Source of the DNA: Promethearchaeota archaeon
GTDB taxonomy: Archaea; Asgardarchaeota; Lokiarchaeia; Sigyniarchaeales; SOKP01
NCBI GenBank assembly: GCA_048938005.1
Contig: JBHLMQ010000014.1
Coordinates: 1-57,952 of the forward strand
Length of the DNA stretch: 57,952 bases
Direction: 5' to 3'
The notes under the pieces are model-generated. The model was not told where the DNA came from. It saw only the letters and a list, made by a program, of their open reading frames with translations, and ran no database searches. Shown one piece after another: positions 19,929 to 28,810 of the stretch. Numbering within the stretch: the stretch's first letter is position 1; each line of letters starts with the position of its first letter. Made by a program: the position numbers and the translations under genes.

Positions 19929-20588
19929 CTAATTAAAACTCTGATCAAGCTCTTCGATTAAATTCTTTTTTGTAAGTTCAAATCCTGCTCTGAGAACTTT
20001 CACAATCGTGTTTCTTCCGAGAAGAACTTTTAGGATTGAATCGTCCTGTTCAACGATAGCAATTCCTTCGTCATTATAATCTAGTTGGCGTTTTAATGCT
20101 TGATATGCTTTTTCTTTTGTTTTAAATGCTGCTCTAGATAACTCGTTGTAATCTTTAATATCGTCTTTTATATTTAATAATAGGATGCTTTCTTCCACCT
20201 GGGTTACAAAACATTTTTTTGTAACTTCTTTTAACTTATTATAATTTTTGTGATCATTTCGACACTGACGGTCAGTTTGGTCATTTGCTAAGTAGATATG
20301 AAAGTTTCTATTAATAATTCTATCAAATTGTTCTTTTGAACCATCTCCACTTTTTATAAATTCTTTAGCAGAATCTAAAGTTACTCTGATTTGTTCTAAT
20401 GTTCCCACTTTAGCATCTTTATCAGACCAGTATTTATAAAAAGATTTTACTATAGGTTTCACTAAAGCATTTAAAGCACCCATATCTAATTCTGTATCAA
20501 TTATTTCTTTACCGTAATTAAGAGATGTTTCCATTTGTTCAATCATCCTTTTCTTTAAGATTTTATAGTTCCTTTCTATGTATTCCAT
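19929..20588 (-). CDS. Hypothetical alpha-helical protein, paralog of 20699..21361
   Basis: 219 aa, colinear with its neighbour (YIERNY, RMIEQM, IDTELD, GFE). Confidence 0.8.
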   Translation of the reverse strand: MEYIERNYKILKKRMIEQMETSLNYGKEIIDTELDMGALNALVKPIVKSFYKYWSDKDAKVGTLEQIRVTLDSAKEFIKSGDGSKEQFDRIINRNFHIYLANDQTDRQCRNDHKNYNKLKEVTKKCFVTQVEESILLLNIKDDIKDYNELSRAAFKTKEKAYQALKRQLDYNDEGIAIVEQDDSILKVLLGRNTIVKVLRAGFELTKKNLIEELDQSFN

Positions 20589-20698
20589 TATTAAACTCCA
20601 AACTCATTAATGCTATAATAACTTTTAAAAGCTATTATTTGATCAAATAAAACTTACAAACTTTATTGATAAAATATATTATTAAATTAATATTTTAA

Positions 20699-21361
20699 TT
20701 ATTTATTGGTATATGTGTCATTGAGTGCTTTAATAAACTCTTCCTTGGTCATTTCAAAACCCTTTCTCAGCGCTTTCACAATAATTTTCCGCCCTACTGG
20801 AAGTTTAAGTATCGAAGGATCCTCCTCAACTATTTTAATCCCTTCTTCTGTGAAACTTAGCTGTTTCATTAAATTTTTGTCAGCTATTTTTTTCGATTTA
20901 AATGCAATCCGACATAAATCGCCATAATTTTCTACATCCTCTCTTACATCTAAAAGCTTAACTACTTCTTTTACATAATTAATAAATGTTTCTTTTACAA
21001 CTTGTTTTAATCTTTCAAAATTTCTATGTCTCTTATTACCCACACGATAAGCTTGGTCATTTTTAAAATATACCGGAAAATTGGAGTTTACAACTTCATT
21101 GAAAATTTCATTAGAATTGCCATTTAACATTAATTTCTTACCAGATTCTAATGTGACTTTAATTTGTCTAATTGTACCGTCCCTAGCATCATTTTGAGCC
21201 CAAAAATCATAGAATGTTTTGATAATTGGTTTAATAAATAAATTTAATATACCCGTATCTAATTCTGTATCTATTAATGCTCTACCTAATGCTATACTAT
21301 CTTCCATTTGCTCAATCATCCTTTGTTGAATAAGACTATAATTCCTTTCAATATAATCCAA
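20699..21361 (-). CDS. Hypothetical alpha-helical protein, paralog of 19929..20588
   Basis: 220 aa; TTG start preceded by GGAG; colinear with its neighbour. Confidence 0.8.
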   Translation of the reverse strand: MDYIERNYSLIQQRMIEQMEDSIALGRALIDTELDTGILNLFIKPIIKTFYDFWAQNDARDGTIRQIKVTLESGKKLMLNGNSNEIFNEVVNSNFPVYFKNDQAYRVGNKRHRNFERLKQVVKETFINYVKEVVKLLDVREDVENYGDLCRIAFKSKKIADKNLMKQLSFTEEGIKIVEEDPSILKLPVGRKIIVKALRKGFEMTKEEFIKALNDTYTNK

Positions 21362-21567
21362 TGTTTAATCTCCGTTTAGTGTTTAAAAAAAAAATTTAAA
21401 TTCCCAAACTCAATTTATTATTATTAAAAGAGTTTTTTTCTTTTAAAACAATTTCATAAGTTTTATACTATTAATTTTATGTGTTTAAGATAAATCCAAA
21501 ATTGATTCAACAATCATTATAAAAAGGAAAAAATAATAAAACAATAAGAATCATAAAAATTAATTAA

Positions 21568-24500
21568 ATGACCACTTACTATTTTAAAATCTTAATGCTT
21601 GGTGGTGACTCTGATACCATCCATTTTTATGCTTCAAGAGTTTTCGGAGAACCAGGGGAAGATCAAAAAACATATTTTAAATGGTATAAAGAAATTAAAG
21701 TTTTTGAAGATGTTTGCGATTTAGAAATTGATGCAATTACAAGTATATCTGCGGATTTGGATGATATAATTCCTACTGTTGATGGGATCATTTATTTTTT
21801 GAATCCTATAATCCAAGTAGAGTCCGAACTATTTGAAATGGTACTTCCAGACATTTTTTCAGTAAAACGCGATATACCCACAATTGTTATATTTTATGAT
21901 CAGAGTGGAGTCCTTCCTATCTCCGTTAATGAGTTATTACAACATATATGGGTTAACTTTCCCAGTTTAGAGGCTTTTGTTAATCTTTCTCCAAGAGAAT
22001 TTCATCAAGCATTACAATCTTTATGTTTAGCTATGATTAATGGTGATACTCCATTAAATATTGAAAATGCTTGGATGAGATTTCCAATATTCATACAAAT
22101 GGCAAATATCTATTTTAATAATCAAAATTATTATTATGCAGCTCAAGCTATTAGAAAAGCCGCATTAATAGCAGACATTTACAATAAAGAAGAATTTTTT
22201 ATAATCAGTGAACAAGCAGCATTTCTTTATTCTAAAATGAATTTATATTTGGAAGCCAGTAAAATTTTAGAAAAAGTAGATAAACGGAAATCATTAAATT
22301 TCAAAAAATTGTATGCAGATGCAATATTACGAGAAGCTAATCTTCTTTTTAAAAGGAAAGAATATGAACAAGCAGCCAGAAACTATGAAAGAGCAGCTCA
22401 GTGGGCAAGTATAGAGTTATTAGATAGGAAATTAATTAATGAAGCTTTTAGATTAGCAATAAATTCATGGATTTCTGCGTGTAGAGTTGAAGATGCTTTT
22501 AGGATTCTACAAAGCTTACCTCATAAAGGAGTAATCATCATATTAAAAGAAGTTGCAGATAAAATTGGAGCTGCTGCGGATTATTTAGTGAGTATAAATA
22601 ATTTTGAGTCTGCTAGAGATCAGTTATATAGAGCAGTATATAGATATCAACGTGAAGATCTTTTTGATGAATTGAAAACCCTAACAAGCAAATTAACTGA
22701 TGTTTTAATCAGACTCTTTAAATTACAAGTTGGTGAACAAAAAAAACATGCAGCTAAAAATACTTATGATGAGCTTGAAAACATGTGGGATTCGTACAAA
22801 GTAAAAAAGAAAGATCTAGATTCAAGTTTAGAAGAACTGATAAATCAGTTTTTTGAATCTAATAATTTTGGAATGGCAACAATTTTAATTGATAAACTAA
22901 ATTCAAGAAAATTAAAACAACAATTAGCAAAAATTAGAGACGAATTTGAGGATCGTTTTAAAGCCACAAAGAAGAAAGAATTAGAGGATTATATTAATAG
23001 GGGAATAGATATCTTAATGGATTTTGTCAATGCTGAACTAGATATAGTTATAGAGATGAATACTCAAAAAATTAATGAAGCGAATGAATTAGTAAAACTG
23101 AATATGCATTCAAAAGCAGCAAGACTCTTGGAAAATCAAGCGGAGAATCTTAAAGAAATTGGAAAAGAAGAAATTAAGGACCAAATTCTCACAAAATCCT
23201 TAGATCTGTTATTAGATGGTTTATTTTTTGAAGATTTTTTTCAAATTTTTAATAAGCTTTCACATGATATGAAAACAAAGTATTTAACCAGAATATTTCC
23301 GATATACATCCAAAAATTGAAAGAACTTAAAGAGTCTGAGGAATACTTAAGAATTGAAAAAATTCTTGAGAATTCAAGTAGAATTTATAGAAATCAAATG
23401 CTATACGAAGAATCAAGAGAAATTAGTATAATATTTATAAAAGTAATTAAAAGTGAAGCACTAAGAATCTTGGAAGAAGAAGGGAATCTCTCTGCAATCC
23501 ATAAAGCGTCAGATTTGGTAAAAAAAGTTTCAAATATAACATCAGCATATTTAGAGAAGGATGAAAAAATCAAGGTTACTTTTAATAGAATCTTTAAAAA
23601 AATTGCTGAAATCTATATAGAATTGGATGATTTGCCATCTGCACATGCCTATAATGATAGAATTGAAAAGAAGATTTATAAGACAGAAATTCATGATAAA
23701 ATAGCTAAGCTTGAAGCCGAAAAAAGTGAAATATGGGCAAAAAAAGCTAAAGAAACCCGTGAAGGAGAAGAATTAAAAGAAAAACATTCTATCATTGAAA
23801 ATAAAGCACGTGAAGCGTTATTAGATAGAGATAATGGATTAAAAGAAAGGAAAGGATTAAAAAGAGCATACTTTAAAGAAGGTTTAATTGCTTTAAAAAA
23901 TCAAGAGTATGATAAAGCGCTTGAGATATATAAGACAACTACAATCCGATTAAATAGAATAAAAAAATTCAATTTAGCAGGTGTTGCTTTGGTGGTAGCA
24001 AGCTTAATATTAATGAAGCAAAACAAATTTGAAGATATTAAACAACTATTAAATGAGACTAAAAAGGAACTAGCTGGCTTAGGAAAATTATTTACAGATA
24101 CTTTTGCTGTTACTTTATTAGAATATATTATTGGTATAAAAAATATTCAAGATGAGAAGAAATTCAAAGAATCAATGCGTTTTTTCGAAGTACTCCCATT
24201 ATTTGAAGAAGAATTAACATTATTATATGACCTTTTAGGTGAAGAATATCGAAGAGAAATAGAACCTGAAGGGACTTTATTAGGTGAAGAAATCTCAGAA
24301 GAAGGAGAAATTAAAGAAATTTTATCACGAAAAGAATATGGAAAATTATCCAAATTAAGAATAGAATTTGATCAGAGATATGGGAAAATTGAATCTAAAA
24401 AGGGAGATATTAGGAGAGATAAGGAAGAGTTATTCAAAAAAAGAAAAGCAATGAGAAAAAGATATTATTCTGATATATTAGACTTGATCGAATCCCAAAA

Positions 24501-24837
24501 ATATAGAGAATCAGCACAAAAGTACTTAGAATTATCATATGCCTTGTCTAAAAGGAAAGATTTCGAAACAAGTTCGTTAATGATGCTTTTACATGGATTG
24601 TCTCTTTTGAAGGCAGTAGAGCCTTTAAGATTGATAAGAAAAAATCTAAATGATTTCTTAATTAGCTTGGGAATTAATAAGAAATTAGTCGAAGAAACAT
24701 TTTATATAATGGTTATATCATTTCTGCTTGATTTAAAACTCTATAATTTTGATAAATTTTTGCCTAAAATTAAAGAAATTTTGGAAATAATCCCTTTATT
24801 CGAAGAAGAGAAAAAATTAATTGAAATTGATGAATAA
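21568..24837 (+). CDS. Large protein: degenerate Ras-like GTPase domain plus TPR/SNAP-like alpha-solenoid with duplicated C-terminal module
   Basis: 1089 aa. N-terminal FKILMLG...VDGIIYFLN...IPTIVIF strand pattern without GK[ST]; helical repeats such as YEQAARNYERAA; two modules ending in PLFEEE. Confidence 0.75.
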   Translation: MTTYYFKILMLGGDSDTIHFYASRVFGEPGEDQKTYFKWYKEIKVFEDVCDLEIDAITSISADLDDIIPTVDGIIYFLNPIIQVESELFEMVLPDIFSVKRDIPTIVIFYDQSGVLPISVNELLQHIWVNFPSLEAFVNLSPREFHQALQSLCLAMINGDTPLNIENAWMRFPIFIQMANIYFNNQNYYYAAQAIRKAALIADIYNKEEFFIISEQAAFLYSKMNLYLEASKILEKVDKRKSLNFKKLYADAILREANLLFKRKEYEQAARNYERAAQWASIELLDRKLINEAFRLAINSWISACRVEDAFRILQSLPHKGVIIILKEVADKIGAAADYLVSINNFESARDQLYRAVYRYQREDLFDELKTLTSKLTDVLIRLFKLQVGEQKKHAAKNTYDELENMWDSYKVKKKDLDSSLEELINQFFESNNFGMATILIDKLNSRKLKQQLAKIRDEFEDRFKATKKKELEDYINRGIDILMDFVNAELDIVIEMNTQKINEANELVKLNMHSKAARLLENQAENLKEIGKEEIKDQILTKSLDLLLDGLFFEDFFQIFNKLSHDMKTKYLTRIFPIYIQKLKELKESEEYLRIEKILENSSRIYRNQMLYEESREISIIFIKVIKSEALRILEEEGNLSAIHKASDLVKKVSNITSAYLEKDEKIKVTFNRIFKKIAEIYIELDDLPSAHAYNDRIEKKIYKTEIHDKIAKLEAEKSEIWAKKAKETREGEELKEKHSIIENKAREALLDRDNGLKERKGLKRAYFKEGLIALKNQEYDKALEIYKTTTIRLNRIKKFNLAGVALVVASLILMKQNKFEDIKQLLNETKKELAGLGKLFTDTFAVTLLEYIIGIKNIQDEKKFKESMRFFEVLPLFEEELTLLYDLLGEEYRREIEPEGTLLGEEISEEGEIKEILSRKEYGKLSKLRIEFDQRYGKIESKKGDIRRDKEELFKKRKAMRKRYYSDILDLIESQKYRESAQKYLELSYALSKRKDFETSSLMMLLHGLSLLKAVEPLRLIRKNLNDFLISLGINKKLVEETFYIMVISFLLDLKLYNFDKFLPKIKEILEIIPLFEEEKKLIEIDE

Positions 24838-24846
24838 TATGTATTT

Positions 24847-25770
24847 CTAATCAACCATGTTAGCAAATTTCTGTAAATCTTTAACCCGCATACGAAGTGT
24901 GACTTCGGTCACTCTAGCTAATTTACTTATTTCTTTTTGAGTTCGGTTTTCATTACAAATTTTCGAACCAATATAAATTGCGGCTGCTGCAATTCCTTTG
25001 GGGTCTTTGCCAGCTGAATTAAATCCACTTTCTCTTGCTTTTTCTATTAGTTTGACAGCAATATTTCGACATTTCATTGAGAGCTTCAATTCTTCATTGA
25101 ATTTATCCACATATCTATCAGCAGAGAAGTGTTGGACTTTCATACCTAATTTAGGTAAAACTTCCATTAATATCAGTCGATAGCTTTTAATCACTTTTTT
25201 TTTAGGAATTTGAGCTACTTTTGTTATTTCTTCAGCTGTTCTTGGTATCCCATGGACCCTTAAAGCAGCAAAAATTGAAGCTGATAATAGTGTGTCTATA
25301 CTACGACCCATAGTTAATTTTTTTTTCACTGTTTGCGTGTAAATCCGTAGAGCATCCTCTGCAACCGCATCTGGAATTCCTAATCTTTTTTGTAAGCGTT
25401 GTAAATTTGGTAAAGCTATCCATAAATTTCTTTCATAACTAGTCGTTAAGGATCTATGGATTTTAGCTAATCGGTTGAATTTAGATTTATATTTTGGACT
25501 TAATAATGTACCTCTCGCATCTCTAGATCCTCTAATAATGGTTCTTGGACCAATAGGGCTATAAACTCTCTCGCTACTCTTTCGTTTCTGAATTTCTTCT
25601 TGAGTAAAAGCTCTACGAGGGCTATCATCAAGAATTCGCGAATAAACAAAACCACAATTTAAACAAACATACCAACCATCCTCTTCCGATACTTTTGGGT
25701 TGTCACAACAAGAGGTTCCTTCCTCTCCATTATCCTCAAAAAAGGTATCATCTTCAAAATGAGCTGGCAT
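24847..25770 (-). CDS. tfb: Transcription initiation factor IIB (TFB)
   Basis: Zinc ribbon CC...VCLNCG, two cyclin repeats (GRSIDTLLSASIF, GKDPKGIAAAAIY), C-terminal HTH RTQKEISKLARVTEVTLRMR. Confidence 0.95.
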   Translation of the reverse strand: MPAHFEDDTFFEDNGEEGTSCCDNPKVSEEDGWYVCLNCGFVYSRILDDSPRRAFTQEEIQKRKSSERVYSPIGPRTIIRGSRDARGTLLSPKYKSKFNRLAKIHRSLTTSYERNLWIALPNLQRLQKRLGIPDAVAEDALRIYTQTVKKKLTMGRSIDTLLSASIFAALRVHGIPRTAEEITKVAQIPKKKVIKSYRLILMEVLPKLGMKVQHFSADRYVDKFNEELKLSMKCRNIAVKLIEKARESGFNSAGKDPKGIAAAAIYIGSKICNENRTQKEISKLARVTEVTLRMRVKDLQKFANMVD

Positions 25771-25982
25771 AGTTTTTTGGAATGCAAAAGGATAGTTATT
25801 GAATTCTTAATTTTTTCCTTAGAAATACATAAATTCATATATATTTAAGTTTAATCTATAAAAAAATTAACTAGTGAAAATTTAAATCTAAATCTTTTTA
25901 ACTAGTTCTTAAAAGTTTAATAAATAATAATTAATAAAAGTTAAATCAACCTATTAATAATAAAGAAAAATCGTTATTTGTA

Positions 25983-27221
25983 ATGACATCAGAAGTTTCT
26001 AATTTAATAAAACTCTTTTCAAAATTCTTAGACCCAAAATCCGCTAAAATTGATAAATTAAAAGAGATAGATGATATCCTAAAATTACCTCTTCACTCCT
26101 ACAAATTCATTGACAAAGAAGAATCAACAATGATAAAGCAATTATTAGAAATTTCTACAATAGCTGATGCTTCTAAAAAAAATAAGGATAATCCCTTACA
26201 AAGTTTAATTGAGATTGAAGAAACAGATGATTCGATTGATCTAGCGATAAGTTTACAGAAAAAAATTGAAGAACTCAAGGCAAAATATCCAACTTTCGAG
26301 ACAAAATTAAAGAAAACTATAACAATTAGTTCACTTATCGCAAGCATTAAGGAAGAAAAAGAAGGAATCGAGGCTAAAGGTCAAAAAGTTCTTGTGTGCG
26401 GATTAGACGCAGCGGGTAAAACCACATTACTATCCAAATTTGGGGGACGTTTAGGAATCAGTGATATGATATCAACACATCCAACAAAAGGAGTAGTCCG
26501 GATGAAGTTTGGGAGTACGAATTTGAACTTATTTATTTGGGATTTAGGCGGTCAAGAGGAATATAGAGAACGATATTTAAATAATCCCGAGCAATATTTT
26601 ATTCAATTAGATTTACTTCTTTATGTAATTGATGTCCAAGATCCAGATAGATTTGATGAGTCTTTAGAATATTTTGATAAAATTCTTGATTCAATAATAA
26701 TGTTAGAAGAAAACCCCTATATATTAGTTTTTTTGCATAAAGTTGATCCTGAATTGAAAAATGAGCCTAAGATACTCCTAAATATTGAGCTCTTAAAGGA
26801 TCATATAACTGAACTCTTAAAAAGCAAGGATTTCAATTTTGATATAGAAATGTATCTAACATCTATATATTCCCTAATATCACGTGAACCTCAATTCGCT
26901 AAATATGTAAAAAATTTAATGAGTGCGAGTCATTCTTTAACAGATCCAACAGTTCGAAAAGTGGAAGGACTTGGAAAAACTTTAGAAGAAACGTTGAATG
27001 CTGTAATTCGCTTATCAGAGAGTATTTCTTCACAACTCAATGATCTTGATAATCGTCTTCGAGCTATTGAGTCAGGAGCATTTCAAGTTGCTCAAAGTGG
27101 AATCCCTATTGAAATTGCTAATCCAAATCAACCTTCTGCTAGACCTCAAGAAAATGCGAGACTAAATGTCCTAAATGAATTAAAAGATCTATTCAGTAAA
27201 AGGAAACGTTTAGATCTTTAA
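25983..27221 (+). CDS. Arf/Rag-like small GTPase with N-terminal extension and C-terminal coiled coil
   Basis: GLDAAGKT, PTKG, WDLGGQ, HKVD, TSIY; heptad-like LEETLNAVIRLSESISSQLNDLDNRLRAIE. Confidence 0.88.
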   Translation: MTSEVSNLIKLFSKFLDPKSAKIDKLKEIDDILKLPLHSYKFIDKEESTMIKQLLEISTIADASKKNKDNPLQSLIEIEETDDSIDLAISLQKKIEELKAKYPTFETKLKKTITISSLIASIKEEKEGIEAKGQKVLVCGLDAAGKTTLLSKFGGRLGISDMISTHPTKGVVRMKFGSTNLNLFIWDLGGQEEYRERYLNNPEQYFIQLDLLLYVIDVQDPDRFDESLEYFDKILDSIIMLEENPYILVFLHKVDPELKNEPKILLNIELLKDHITELLKSKDFNFDIEMYLTSIYSLISREPQFAKYVKNLMSASHSLTDPTVRKVEGLGKTLEETLNAVIRLSESISSQLNDLDNRLRAIESGAFQVAQSGIPIEIANPNQPSARPQENARLNVLNELKDLFSKRKRLDL

Positions 27222-27222
27222 T

Positions 27223-27963
27223 TTATTTCCTTTTTTTTAAATGATCAATAATCCTTTTATAGAAAGCGAGTAAAACAATCACAGTAAAAATTACTAAACA
27301 TATAATTAAATACCAAACATTTTCATACAACAGAGAATTTATCCGTCTATATTGGATTTCATAGATTACATTTTGTTCAATTAAAGTCAATACCTCAAGT
27401 ATCAATGGAGCTATTAAATAAGTTGAAATAAAGAAACCAGCTACTCCAAAAATATAACCACAGATAACGTCAGTAGGGTAGTGCACACCAAGTTGAATTC
27501 TTGAAAATGAGACAAAAATAGCTAATACTAAAATTAAGATTGTAATCCAAGGTGATCTTAAAAAAGTCAGCCCAATCACCAATCCTTCAGACACAACATT
27601 ATAAGAATGCCAAGAGGGGAAACTCCTTGAAGTTGGTTTTCGTTCAAAAACAATGATTTTACTATCATTAAATCTTTCAAAGGGCCTTGATCTTTTAACA
27701 ATTTGTTTAATTGATAATACTAAAATCACTCCCGTTAGAAATGTTGCCGAAATATAGGATAATAAAAATGGATCATACCAAATTAGTAAATAAAAAGCAA
27801 TTAAGAAAATCCACAATGTTTCTCTTCCAAAAAAGGAAATAAATCTAAAAAAGTATATTGTAATTTTCCCACCTAACCCATTATATCTTAAAATAATTTT
27901 CTGGTCCCAATTATCTATTCTTTTTGAGATGACTTTAAAATCCATCATATCACTATTTTTCAA
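27223..27963 (-). CDS. PAP2-family membrane phosphatase
   Basis: K..VKRSRP, SFPSWH, SRIQLGVHYPTD motifs with TM helices. Confidence 0.9.
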   Translation of the reverse strand: MKNSDMMDFKVISKRIDNWDQKIILRYNGLGGKITIYFFRFISFFGRETLWIFLIAFYLLIWYDPFLLSYISATFLTGVILVLSIKQIVKRSRPFERFNDSKIIVFERKPTSRSFPSWHSYNVVSEGLVIGLTFLRSPWITILILVLAIFVSFSRIQLGVHYPTDVICGYIFGVAGFFISTYLIAPLILEVLTLIEQNVIYEIQYRRINSLLYENVWYLIICLVIFTVIVLLAFYKRIIDHLKKRK

Positions 27964-27966
27964 TTC

Positions 27967-28761
27967 TTAGGTTAATTCAAAAAGAGAATATGCTTTTTTT
28001 ACATATGGTATTTGCTCTTCAAAATATTCTAATTGATGTGAATCAGATCCTACAAAAAATGTAGCCCCCTTCTTCTTCAATTGAAGAATTACATCTTTGG
28101 ATGGAAAAGCACGTTTTATTGGAAATCTAAATCCAGATAAATTGTACTCTATTCTAATTTTATTCTTAATACATAGACGGCCAAGGTTTAATACGCGATC
28201 ATCTGATGTATCACAATCATTTCGAGGTTTAAGATCATTTTTATTGATATAACGAAAAATAGTGTCAATATGGCATACATTTTTAAAAATTTTTGAATTA
28301 ATCATTTTTTCACTAATTTTAAAATATTCATCGATAATCAGCTTCATTGGCTTTCTTTCTAAAAATTTTATTAAACCCTCTCTTGTTGTAACAGGATATC
28401 CAATGATCCACTCATGGATCGAACCTCCTATAAAATCTAATTCTTTCTCATAATCATCCATAAACTCCATTAATTGAATTTCTTTATCCTCATAATATTC
28501 AACTTCCAAACCACTGAGTATGAAATCATAAGTCTCCTTTAATTCATCAATCTCTTCAAGATAGTCATTAATTTTACCGTTATAAAATGGATTAGTCTTA
28601 TCATTTTCCACATAATGAAGTTCATAATGATCAAGAAAACAGATATTAATTTGATGCTCTTCTGCTACTTTTATATAATCTTCAAACGTAGGACCGTCTT
28701 GTCCTACATCTACGCTCCAATATTTACTATGAAGATGAAAATCTGTAAATTTAAATCTCAT
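27967..28761 (-). CDS. PHP-family phosphoesterase (histidinol-phosphatase HisK-like)
   Basis: DFHLHS, DH, GLEVEY, GSIH, CHID, GSDSH. Confidence 0.85.
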   Translation of the reverse strand: MRFKFTDFHLHSKYWSVDVGQDGPTFEDYIKVAEEHQINICFLDHYELHYVENDKTNPFYNGKINDYLEEIDELKETYDFILSGLEVEYYEDKEIQLMEFMDDYEKELDFIGGSIHEWIIGYPVTTREGLIKFLERKPMKLIIDEYFKISEKMINSKIFKNVCHIDTIFRYINKNDLKPRNDCDTSDDRVLNLGRLCIKNKIRIEYNLSGFRFPIKRAFPSKDVILQLKKKGATFFVGSDSHQLEYFEEQIPYVKKAYSLFELT

Positions 28762-28810
28762 AAAATAATATTATTGATAATTTAAGAAGAAAAATAAAAA
28801 TTTGGATTAC

